Positions 40,842 to 52,300 of a DNA stretch of 64,000 bases are shown here, in pieces. The notes under the pieces were generated by a model. The model made no database searches. It was not told the DNA's origin and saw only the letters and a list, made by a program, of their open reading frames with translations. The DNA is taken from the NCBI GenBank assembly GCA_020891255.1, contig BQFW01000002.1, positions 744,001 through 808,000 on the forward strand, written 5' to 3'. Numbering within the stretch: the stretch's first letter is position 1; the number at the start of each line of letters is the position of its first letter. Both the position numbers and the translations under genes were made by a program. The DNA is from Entomortierella parvispora E1425 (taxonomy: Eukaryota > Fungi > Mortierellomycota).

Positions 40842-41675
40842 ATGGTTGCTGCTCTTATCCGTAGAACCCCTGGGTAAGTCGCCTTCCCCTGAATCACTCT
40901 CTGTCTGCCTCTGTTTCCAGAGGAGACCTACACATACCCCAGATGTCAACTCAGGGCGCCTTCTAGGTTGACACGGATGTCGTTGTCGATGGGGGTCGCG
41001 GAACATACACTTTCGCGAGTTGTACTTTTCCCTGCTTTCATCGCCTTCTTGAATCGTCTGTGGATGGATCATCTGCACGGAATGGGCCCTGCCTCCATCT
41101 GTGAATGAACTCCTGACCTGTGTTTCTCGATTCAGTCGATTGATCTCCTGTGCCTAACCTTTTTTTTTCGTTTTTTATTTTTCCACGCTCTATCGTCATT
41201 TTCGGCTGTATTCAGCACTCTTGCCTCGGCTGTCCGCCTCCACCGCGCCGCTGCTGCCGCCCCCGCTCGCTTCTTGAGCACCCATGTCACCAACGCTGCC
41301 TGCGAGGATAACGAGCCTGGTTTCTTGGGCTCTGTCGAGCACTTCTACGATCGCGTACGTGTTTTCCCCTGTTCCTGTTGCTTGTTTATTTGTTGGATCC
41401 ATGCTTGATAGCGAGGCATGGACAGAGAGGAGAAAGAGAGAGAGAGAGAGAGAGGCATGGCGGGCAGGGAGGAGGCAGAGCGCGGGCAAATGGATCATGG
41501 ACCCACTGCAGATAAGGAGGATGGAACCCAAAACAGAGATGACCCGCCCTTCCGACTCCCCAATGGACCACAAACGGATCGAGAGGCCCAGAACAGACGA
41601 CTCCTAGACTTCATTGTCAACGGCGTGATTGTTCTTTTCATGCTCTCTATTTCTGTTTGGTGGTTTGGGAATGTC

Positions 41676-41721
<46 letters not shown>

Positions 41722-43470
41722 CGAGACGATCCGCTGGGGAGAGCTTTTCTTTTTGTTACTGTTGCTGAATGTTGTCCTTGGAGAAGAAATATAAGAACCG
41801 CCTCCCGATCTATACGAAAACAAGCTTCAGTATCCTATCCTAACCCTGCCCCTTCCGATCCGTTTCTGCTTCTCGTTCTATAGGCCGCCGATATCAGTGG
41901 AGTCTCCAGCAAGTCCTTGACCGGAATCAAGGCCGTCGACTCTGTTCTCAGCGTCAAGTTCCCCGTCGAGATTGACCCCGAGACCCATGTCATCATTGAG
42001 GGTTACCGTGCCCAGCACTCTCGCCATCGTCTTCCCACCAAGGGAGGTATCCGTTTCTCGGATGAGGTCGATCTCCAGGAGGTCGAGGCTTTGGCTTCCT
42101 TGATGACCTACAAGTGCGCTGTCGTCGATGTTCCTTTCGGTGGTGCCAAGGGAGGTGTCAAGATCAACCCCAAGAAGTTCACCCCCGCTCAGTTGGAGCG
42201 CATCACCCGTCGCTTCACCCTCGAGTTGTGCCAGAAGAACTTCATTGGACCTGGTATCGATGTCCCCGCTCCCGATGTTGGAACCGGCCCCCGTGAGATG
42301 TCCTGGATCATGGACACCTACCGTCAGTTCAACCCCCAGGATGTCAACGCCGCTGGATGTGTCACCGGCAAGCCCATCTCCCAGGGAGGTGTCCGTGGAC
42401 GTAACGAGGCCACTGGTCTCGGTGTCTACTATGGTGTCCGCGAGTTCTTGCAGTTCCCCGAGGTCCAGAAGATGACTGGTCTCGACGGCGAGATTGCTGG
42501 CAAGACCGTCATTGTCCAGGGATTCGGAAACGTCGGATACTGGGCTGCCAAGTTCTTCGAGAACAACGGGTAAGATATGCTTTTCTTTATCTCATTTACC
42601 TCCTGCCTACTTGTGGCCCCTCCTTCCTTCCTGTTTGTTTCGCGACTTTCTGGGTTGAAACTGCAGACACTTGCGCAAGCTCATGTGTTTGCAGTCAAGG
42701 GGGACATTGAGCTTAATCCAGAGTCTGTCGCATGGGTGATTGTATAGGATGTTCATTCCTAACCTGTTCAATTTGTTTGGTATTCTCTGCATAGTGCCAA
42801 GATCATTGGTATCGGTGAGCACGATGTCTCTGCCTACGACCCCAACGGTCTCGACATCGAGGCCATCTTCAAGCACCGTGCTGAGAAGGGTACTTTCCGC
42901 GGTTTCGGCAACGCCGAGATGCTCGAGGACCCCATCAAGATCATGGAGCGTGAGTGTGATATCTTGATCCCTGCTGCTCTTGAGCGTCAGATCGGTCTCA
43001 AGAACGTCAAGAACATCAAGGCCAAGATCATTGGTGAGGCTGCCAACGGACCCATCACCCCCGCTGCCCACGACTACCTCGTTGCCCAGGGCAAGGTTGT
43101 CATTCCCGACTTGTTGTTGAACGCCGGAGGTGTCACTGTCTCCTACTTTGAGTGGTTGAAGAACTTGTCCCACGTCCGTTTCGGTCGTATGTCCCGCAAG
43201 TGGGAGGAGGCTGGCAAGTCCAAGCTCTTGACCCTTGTTGAGCAGAACGCTGGTCGCCAGTTGACCCCCCAGGAGCGTCGCGCTGTCATCCACGGAGCTG
43301 AGGAGCACGAGCTCGTTTACTCTGGATTGGAGGATACCATGATTGGCGCCTGCGAGGAGACCCGTGCCACTGCTGCCTTGAAGAAGACTGACTTCCGTAC
43401 CGCTGCCCTTGTCAACGCCATCCAGAAGATTGCCACCGTCACTGAGCAGTCTGGAAAGATGTTCATCTAA
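40842..43470 (+). CDS. GLUD1: Mitochondrial glutamate dehydrogenase, animal/ciliate (GLUD1-like) type; exons 40842-40873, 41216-41354, 41884-42569, 42795-43470
   Basis: GYRAQHS, PTKGGIRF, VPFGGAKGG, DVPAPD, GKPISQGG, VQGFGNVG, EAANGP and NAGGVTVSYFEWLKNL. The presequence is rebuilt from exons 1-2. Codon bias is strong. Confidence 0.95.
41428..41720. repeat. (GA)n (about 41430-41454) and (GT)n (about 41680-41720) microsatellites in GDH intron 2
   Basis: Direct dinucleotide runs. Confidence 0.9.
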
Positions 43471-44197
43471 ACGGTGTCTGCATCCACCGGTAGTCTCGTT
43501 CGTTGTTTCCCATGTTTTTCATTTTGTTCCCTTTCCCTCCCACTGTACGATAGACTTCATCTAATAAATCAAAGATAAATAACAAAAAGACTCGAATGAT
43601 ATGTGGCTCGCAAAGGGCAGCCTGGCATTGGCTTTGACCTGCCCTTCCATGTGTGATCCCTTGGAGTGGTGGAGTGGTGCAGTGAATGAGAGAAGAGAGA
43701 GACAGATAGACAGAGAAATGCCGTCCACCCACATCATCCCCACCACAGCAGGGGGAGTGGAGTACCAAAAAAAAAAAAAAAGAAAAAAAATTATTTTTTT
43801 TTGTTATGATTTCCGTTCCCTGCTCGCATCTCGCTTTGATCCCTCTCTTCTCTTCTCTCTTCTCCCCACATCATCATCATCTCTCTCTCGCCCTCGCCCT
43901 CTCCATCCTCATCTCCCATCCCTCCCTCGCTCGTCCTCATCCGCCACTCTCGACCTCGTCCCTCGGCCTCATCTCCATCCCCTGACCTGTTCGTGTGCTT
44001 ATTATAATCAATATTGTTTGTTTTCGTTGTTTTTTCCCTATTATATATATTTTGGTGCTGATTCTTTTCCCTCTTTTCCTGTTTGCCACCCTTTTCCATC
44101 TTTCCCTCTCCACTTTGTCCCTATCCCTTGTCCTTTTTCTCCTTTCCCCCCCTTTCACTCATCTCCATCTTCTGCTTTCGCTACCTTCACTCGCAAA

Positions 44198-45860
44198 ATG
44201 ACTCACGCCAACGTTAATTCGTCCTCTTCTGTTCCCTCCTCTGCCTCGACCTTCAAAACCTCGTTCCCCGCGTTTGAAGGCTTCCAGAACGATACCACCT
44301 CGACCCGCTTCTCAAAGATGTCTCTCCAGAACACCGCCGCCCCTGCCCTCTCGGCCTCCAAGGACGAGTTTGCCAGCAATGCCCAGTATGAGAACGACCT
44401 CATCAAGGAGGGCGAGGCTCCCGATGCCGACGCTCCCTTGACCCTCCGCGCCTTGGTCTCGACCAAGGAGGCCGGTGTGATCATTGGCAAGGCCGGCAAG
44501 AATGTCGCTGATCTCCGTGATCAGACCGGTGTCAAGGCTGGTGTCTCCAAGGTCGTCCAGGGTGTCCATGACCGCGTCTTGACCGTCACTGGTACCATCG
44601 AGGGTGTTGCCAAGGTGCGTCCCATTTTTATCTTTTTCTTTGTTTTATCTTAGGCTCGATTTTTTTGGCGCCGTAAAGCAGAGGAAACAAAGGACAATGG
44701 ACTCAAGTGAAATAACGGAGACAGAGCTCAATGATGACTGTGATTCTATAACATCTGCATGGATCGCTGGCGATGAGCTGCTCATCTTGGACAATACAAT
44801 GCAGCGCATGGACATGGGTGGATTCATGGGACTGATTTGTGCTGGATTAGATTGGACTGGACTGGACTGGACTGGACTGGACTGGACCATGCAGACAGGA
44901 TCTCAAGGATCTAGCTTCAGCCACGGCTCTTGTCGCACAGTGGTCACGACTTGTTTCGGTGTCCATCTGCCACGGTCTTCTTTGTTCTCTTTGGTCAGAC
45001 TCTGGCCACCTTCTCCACGACTGACAAACATCTTTTTCTTGTTCTCTTGTGTTTTCTATCCACAGGCCTTCCAGTTGATTGCCCAGACCTTGCTCGAGAA
45101 CCCCATCACCTCGTCGCCCCCCACCACCCCCGTCAACCCCCTCCGCCCCGTCGCCCAGACCTCTTCCGTCCGTTTGTTGATCTCGCACAACTTGATGGGA
45201 ACCATCATTGGACGTCAGGGATTGAAGATCAAGCACATCCAGGATACTTCTTCCGCCCGTATGGTCGCCTCCAAGGACATGTTGCCCCAGTCGACCGAAC
45301 GTGTCGTTGAGGTCCAGGGATCCGTTGATGCCATCCGCATTGCCATCTACGAGATCGGAAAGTGCCTCGTCGATGATTGGGAGCGCGGTGTCGGCACCGT
45401 CCTCTACAACCCTTCGGCCCCCGGTGCCGGTATGGGTGGATACCAGACTGCTGCGCCCGTTGCCACTGGCGCCCGCACCAGCTACGGTGCCCGCACCGGC
45501 AACGGTTCTGACTTTACTCGTCCCCGTGAGGAGGCCCAGTACCGCCCCCGCCCTGAGCCTGCCTTTGGTCAGGTCAACCACGCTGATCTCCGCACCCAGG
45601 AGATTTCTATTCCCGCCGACATGGTCGGATGCATCATTGGCAAGGGAGGTTCCAAGATCTCTGAGATCCGTCGCCTCTCTGGTTCGCGTATCTCGATCGC
45701 CAAGGTTCCCCATGATGAGACTGGTGAGCGTATGTTCACCATTGTCGGCACCCTCGAGTCGAACGAGAAAGCCCTTTACTTGCTCTATGGCCAGCTCGAG
45801 GTTGAGAAGGACAAGCGCTTGAACATGACCGGTGATCACGTTGAGGAGGATGAGGAATAA
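44198..45860 (+). CDS. Three-KH-domain RNA-binding protein (PCBP/hnRNP K-like; Rnc1/Hek2 type); exons 44198-44614, 45066-45860
   Basis: Three KH motifs: GVIIGKAGKNV, GTIIGRQGLKI, GCIIGKGGSKI. Confidence 0.93.
44853..44886. repeat. (CTGGA)n pentanucleotide repeat in the KH-gene intron
   Basis: ggactggactggactggactggactggactggac. Confidence 0.9.
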
Positions 45861-47339
45861 GTCAAGGTCGCCTTGACTGTTGCTGTGCGTTACATCTCAC
45901 CCGATCGTACGTCGGCCTCACCATGTTCCTCTTGACCTCACTGCCCTTCTGTTGTTCTTCTTTTATTTGCTTTTGAAATGTTTTTATCCCATTTGCGTTT
46001 GTTCCTCCCCAATCCCCTCCTCTTCAGCAACCCTCGCGACCGTTTGATATGATATCTGACCGACACCTATCAATAATGCACATATGCCACCCCATCGCCT
46101 CTCGCCTGTTCTATATTCATTGGATCCTTTGCTACATATTTTCTCTTCTTTTTTTTCTTTCCTTGTTCCATCCATCTTTTTCTCTTTTTTTTTCTTTTGG
46201 CGAGACAAATATCCCTCCTATGGAGCAGGATACCATTTCCTCGTCATCCTTCTCCGCACTTTTTTAACTTTTTTTATCACTTTGAAAACGACACCAGCCT
46301 TTGCAGCAGCTCCATTTTTTTTGTCTCAATAAAAGGAAAAAGAAAAAGCAATTGAACAGAAAAAAAACATATGTTTTCGATGGTATCGGGCTGGAGGTTG
46401 AAAAGAGGAATGAATTCAGACTGTGAGCAAAAGAAAAAAAATGGCACGCGAGTGCGCAATGCGAACAAGGTGGTCGGCACTGGTGTGGCCTCCCGCAAAC
46501 AATGAAATGAATATGAGAAACGATGCAAGGGAAGGGCAGGGCAGGGAGCCAGCAGGGTAAGGAGAAGCATGGCAGGGCAAGAGGGGGCATGGCGGCATGG
46601 GGCAACAGAGCGCTCTCTTCATCTCCAAAAATAGCGGCCTTTTCTTTGTTTTTTTCAGGGCAATTGCCCAGAATGCCAGAAATATGTTGAAGCCCCGGCG
46701 TCGCGTTTGTTCCGCATGCTCTGATGATCGTGTGCCGGGAAGGAATGGGAGAGCCAGCATGCTGGCCAGAACGAAAGAAAGGCGTAAACGAAAATAAACA
46801 TGAATTGGATATCGGTCTCCGCCCGAGTGTGTCTCGCTTTTTTTTACCTTTTGTTCTTTCCTCGGGTTCTCAAAGTGGTTGAGAGTATATCTGTGTCTCT
46901 CTCTGGGTATGTTGGTGTGTATGTTTGTGTGAGAGAGAGGGTGGTGGTGAAGGTGAAAACTCTTTCATTCTTCATTCCTTTTCTTCATCCCATCTCGCTT
47001 TGGCATTCCATTCACACCGTCTCCTCACCCTTCCCCGGGAACTACTCTCTTCCTTCTTCCATCCCCCACAGACGACTGTTCGCTCGTACCACCACAATTT
47101 ATCCTGTAGCAACAGCCCTTTTTTTTTCCTTGGACTTTTTCTCTCTTCTCGCGTGTTCCTTATCTTTTACCGAGAGACCTTTTGCTTTTCTGTCCACTCT
47201 CCCCACATCGCTTCTTGACTGGAAAGGTGTATCCAAAACAATCAACGGTCGCCCTTCTTTCCACTTTTTCTCTTTCTATCCCTCTCTCTTTATATTATTT
47301 TTTCTATCCTTCTTCGGAACAAAAAAGAAAAAGAAAAGA

Positions 47340-48533
47340 ATGCAACGCACCACCTCCGTCTTTACATCAGGAAGGAAAAAGAGCCACCTGTTCTACCTCC
47401 TCTCGACACTTGCTCTCCTCGGCTCGAGGTCAGGCACGACTGTGCAGGCGCAGACCGTGGATTCAACTCTTGTGCTCTCCTTCTTGGGGACCGATGGAAG
47501 TTCGTTGGGTCCTACTCAGACCATCGACTGGAATGACTGCAAGATCCTAGTGGTCCCCGAATCCTCTCCAGGAGTACCCGTCACCTATGCCTCCATCTCG
47601 GCCAGTGATCCCAAGGCGGCCATGAATGTGTACCAGGATCGATTCTGTCAAGTTGCGACAGGCTCCACAGTGGGTGTCCTAGTCAACACGGGCTATCTGG
47701 CGAATGCGGTGGCAGTACGATGGGAAGGCACAGCACACGACGACCGACCCACAGGATCCATCAGTCTCACAGTGTTCCCGCCCAAGATGGAAGTTCAGAC
47801 AGAGATCCCCGTTCCCGACGAAGAGTGGGTCATGGACCCCTCGAGGGGCAAAGTGTTGGTGATCGTGGTTGCAGTCGTGTTGGCCCTTGGCGTGCTCGTT
47901 GGCATCTACCAGGTCTGGGAGGCAGCTCAGTATGTGGCTCCACCCAAGAAGGCCAAGAAGCCAAAGACGGGATTGAATGTGAAGAAGGTCAAGAAGGCGG
48001 ATGCGTACTTCAAGAAACCGGCCATGCGAACGGAGGATCATCAACATGCATTCCAGCGACTGGACACCCCCGAACCTGGGTTCTACAGACATGGCACAGG
48101 AAGCAACAACAGTGCTAGAAACAGCCAATATTCAGAGGCGGCGACAACGTTCGTGGATTGGTCCTCACATCAACAACAGCAACATTCATCCCAGGGACTC
48201 CACAGCCACCAGAAAGCAGGGCTTGGAGGAAGCAGTAATCAATTCAGAGGATACGATTCGGTTTCGATTGACATGCAGCAGCAGCAGCAGCCGCAAAGTG
48301 GCCGTTACAACAACTACAACAACAACTACAGCAGTAGCACAACACGCAGCGGAAGTGCAACGCCGGATCTGGTGCATTTTGAAGAGATGGAGGATTCAAG
48401 GTCGCGTCAACGAGGCAGGGGAGGCGAGGTGTTGGTGCCAATGCATACGTTCGACTCGAATTACCATCATCCATACCAACCAAGTGGCGCACGGACACCT
48501 GTCCGTCGACCCAGCAGCTCCCGATCTCGATAG
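47340..48533 (+). CDS. Predicted type I single-pass membrane protein (397 aa), unknown function
   Basis: Signal peptide LFYLLSTLALLG..VQA, a ~110-aa ectodomain with two Cys, TM helix VLVIVVAVVLALGVLVGIY, a Lys-rich juxtamembrane stretch and a disordered tail. Confidence 0.8.
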   Translation: MQRTTSVFTSGRKKSHLFYLLSTLALLGSRSGTTVQAQTVDSTLVLSFLGTDGSSLGPTQTIDWNDCKILVVPESSPGVPVTYASISASDPKAAMNVYQDRFCQVATGSTVGVLVNTGYLANAVAVRWEGTAHDDRPTGSISLTVFPPKMEVQTEIPVPDEEWVMDPSRGKVLVIVVAVVLALGVLVGIYQVWEAAQYVAPPKKAKKPKTGLNVKKVKKADAYFKKPAMRTEDHQHAFQRLDTPEPGFYRHGTGSNNSARNSQYSEAATTFVDWSSHQQQQHSSQGLHSHQKAGLGGSSNQFRGYDSVSIDMQQQQQPQSGRYNNYNNNYSSSTTRSGSATPDLVHFEEMEDSRSRQRGRGGEVLVPMHTFDSNYHHPYQPSGARTPVRRPSSSRSR

Positions 48534-49310
48534 AAGGATAAGGAACTAGGACGAAGAGATAGACAATGCCGTCGTAATGAAAGAATGAAGAAAAAATGAA
48601 GCAGAAAATGAAAGTGTGTCGTCATGGAAGGGAAAAAAAAGGAAAAGGGGGAAAGGATGAGGGCCGGGATGGGGTCCGATGTGGATCGCGAGCGCGTCTA
48701 GTGTTGCCTCTACGGCCTCCTGGGTGTCCCAGGGCAGCTGCAAGTACAAATACAGGTGCAGACGCCGTGCCAGGCAGGGAGAGGGGGGGCGTGAAGGGGG
48801 TTCTTTGTCTTTGTTCTCCTCTTCATCCCTGAACGAACGAAGCACGAGAACAAAAGTGTAAAGGGAGTAAAAAGAGTAAAAAGAAGAACAAGAAGAAGAT
48901 GAAGAAAAGGGCTCTCAGCCCATGGGACGGGTGTGCAGTGTTCTTTTGGTCCCTTCTTTTCACAAGTCATTTCTCACTGATTTGTCGGCTCCATTGCCAT
49001 TTGAATCTCCTCCCTCTCTCTTCCTTTTCCCTCTCTTCTCTTCACCACTCTGTCGTTTGTCTAGTCCGGTCCATTCATCTCTTTATTGCCCTCCCTCTCC
49101 TCATCACCCCGGCCCTCCCTCTCTTCTCTCCCCCTCACTCTCTCCTGTCTGGCAAGGCATCCCTCAGCGACCTATTCCCTTGCGCGAGTCGAGCGAGATT
49201 CCCTTCTCTCTCCTCTTGCCCCTGCCTCTCCAAACGGGCATTTTCCTTTTTTTTTTTTCTTCTTCTTTTTCTTTTTTCCATTCTCCCCTTGACAACACTT
49301 TCATTTCAAA

Positions 49311-52300
49311 ATGACTACGCAGGCCACCGTCTCCACCCCGTCCGCGGCCTTTGCAAGACGCACTCCCGAAGAGACTGCAGGCCAGCTCGAGACCAGTGCC
49401 GTCAGCGGATTGACTACACAAGAGGCCAACAGTCGCCGTCTGCGTTATGGTCCGAACGAATTCGAGGTGGAGGACGATGAACCCATCTACCTGAAATTCT
49501 TCAAGTCCTTTTACGAGAACCCGCTTATTCTCTTGCTTCTGGCCTCGGCCGTGGTCTCATTGGCCATGGGTCAAAAGGATGATGCCATCAGTATTACGTT
49601 GGTGAGTTGAGTGTTGGTAGCACTGTGATTGGTCATCTCTCCCTCTTTTCTTTCGCTCGACGTTCATCTCGCACAGACTAATGTCATTTCCCTTCTCTTT
49701 TGAAAAAAAAGGCGATCCTCATTGTTGTTACAGGTAATGTGCGAATTCAAGCATTAATTCCATGACAAAAGTAACAGGAGAACAGGATGGGCCTAAGGTC
49801 TGGCAGGAGGCAGGGTACAGGGCCCAGACAGGGTCCAAAGAGGAGCTGGCTCAACCACCATGATCTTTTTATGACTTGATCGGATCGGATCTGGAGCCTT
49901 TCAGGGTTATAAATACCCCCCACCCCACCCCTCCAAGGAAGATAAAGAAGTGCCCCAAACGCACTTTTTTTAGGAACGAGCGAGGCCTGGGAGAAAGAAG
50001 GGAGAGGGGAAAGGCATAGTTCAACTTCGTGGCACAAGGAAGAAGAGGGGGGCGGAGAGGGGCAACATTCAGCACATACTTCGCCAAGCAACGATCCACA
50101 CCAAAAGAGAAAAGGAAACCACGCAAAGGGAAAAGATGTCCTCCTGGACAAGTGGGGCGGACACCCTTCATAGGACTGGGACTGTACAGGAACGGAAAAG
50201 GGGATAGGAGGTCCCGCAGAAAGAGGGTCCCAAGAGGCGAGGTTGACCCTTGTCGCAGAAAAACAGGAGTAACACGCCCTGTCGGTGGTGGCACCCTGAA
50301 CAGATCGGAACGGACAGGTCCCCCGAAAGACTCACTGGACGACGTGTGGACACACTGGGAAGAATGCCTCTGGAACGGATCCACCAAAAGTCAACCAACC
50401 ATACGGAGAGTTGGAACAAACAAAGCCTCCGCCCCCTCCTAAAGATGCGTTGGAGAGAATTCTTAACCCAAGGTCTCATTCTTGTTGATCTGCAAGGCCA
50501 ACTCACCCCTTTCTTTATCTCTGTCTCTCCTCGAAAAAAATAACAGTGGCGTTTGTTCAAGAATATCGTTCCGAGAAATCATTGGAGGCGCTGAACAAGC
50601 TTGTCCCACACTATTGCCATGTTATTCGGTAAGTACCTGCCATTGAGTTTACCACCATATGGGTCCTCTCGCGCTAGCGAAGAGGGAGGGTAACAGTTCC
50701 TCTTGGGAGTGATGGACGATTGGACAGAGCAGAGGACGAGAGCGAGATGGACACTGGTCGTCTTTTTCTGGAGACTGTCCGGTTACAAGAATGAGGCTTT
50801 TTTTTTTCTCTTTCATATTCTGCCTGTTCTGTTTAGAACATTGATCTCCCTGTACGTGTTTGCAGGGAGCAGGCGCGTTCGCCTGTTTTGAGTTGAGTGA
50901 GAAGGAGAGCCCTGCTCTCGCGCGGACAGAGTCCATGCAGCCAGTTTATGCTCGACAGGGACAAAAGGGCAGGGCGGAAGAATACACACCGACCGTGCAG
51001 AGAAGCCTTCCACCGATTGCATTTTAACTTTTGGGTTGAATATTACCCTTTTGCGAGAATACGAATGAGATGGAGTAGATCGATGGAATTTGAATTTTTT
51101 TTTTTTCGCCTGCTGTGGCTCTCATTTTTTTTTTCCCTCAATCTTTTCTTTTTCTGGTCCTCAAAAACGGGCTTCTGGGTCCATCAGTGTTTTTGTTACT
51201 TGCCCGCAGAATCGCTTGGTGATGTCGCGTCTTTGTTCTCCCGAAGTGTTGTATGATGATGATGATGATGATGGCTGACACTGGCTCGTTTATTTGTACT
51301 TAGCGATGACACCCAGACCCTAACCCTTGCTAATCAGCTTGTTCCTGGCGACTTGGTCAAGTTTGGCATTGGAGACAGGATTCCCGCCGACTGCCGACTG
51401 GTCTCTGCTGTTGATCTTGAGATTGACGAATCCAACTTGACAGGAGAGAACAAGCCCTGCAGAAAGTTTATCGATGCAATCTCTGGAAATGAATACTCAG
51501 AGCTGACTATCACAGAGCGCAAGAACATTGCATACATGGGCACTCTTGTCAGAAACGGTCACGGAACAGGAATTGTCGTCGGCGTTGCAAAGGAGACCGA
51601 GTTTGGCGTGGTCTTCTGCATGATGCAGGAGGTCGAGATTCGCAAGACACCACTGCAGCTGAGCATGGACGAACTTGGAAAGAAGCTGTCAATGCTCTCG
51701 TTTGTCATTATTGGCGTGATTGTATTGATCGGACTCTTCCAGGGCAAGCATTGGCTCGAGATGATGACCATTGGTGTCAGTTTGGCGGTCGCAGCCATTC
51801 CAGAGGGTCTCCCTATTGTTGTCACAGTAACCCTTGCTCTGGGTGTCTTGAGAATGGCCAATCGCAAGGCCATCATCAAGAAGCTCCCCAGTGTCGAAAC
51901 TTTGGGTTCCGTCAATGTTGTCTGTGCTGACAAGACTGGTAAGCTGTTGTTTTTTTACGATGGCAAAGTCACTGAACGCAATTTCAAAAGTTGAGAATAT
52001 GATCTGACGGTAGCTTTGATTTGCCATAGGAACGTTGACTATGAACCAGATGACCGTCACCAAGGCTTTTACCTTGGCTGAGGGATTCCCGGTGGATTTG
52101 GACCAAGCAAAGGGCGTCGATGTGGATGTTCACCCTGGACTGCGCCGCTTGCTCCAAGTTGGAAATCTCTGCAACAATGCATTTTTGGATGAGCATTCAA
52201 AGTGGATCGGACAACCCACCGACATCGCACTCATTGAAGTTTTGAGGGGCCTGGGCATCACAGATGAGCGACCTGTACGTTCCAAGATGGGGTTTGAGGC

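Noticed and set aside
44725-44845. Possible C/D snoRNA in the KH intron (ATGATGA at 44731, CTGA at about 44832)
   Set aside because: The terminal stem is poorly placed and I recognise no rRNA-complementary guide.
46800-47339. ORF-track N-terminal extensions (46800, 43601, 79, 28296-29249 -)
   Set aside because: F/L/S/P-rich translations of CT-rich leaders. The real starts are downstream ATGs in better context.
49734-50546. Basic 130-170 aa ORFs inside PMR1 intron 2
   Set aside because: Purine-rich composition explains them, and there are no transposase, RT or other motifs.
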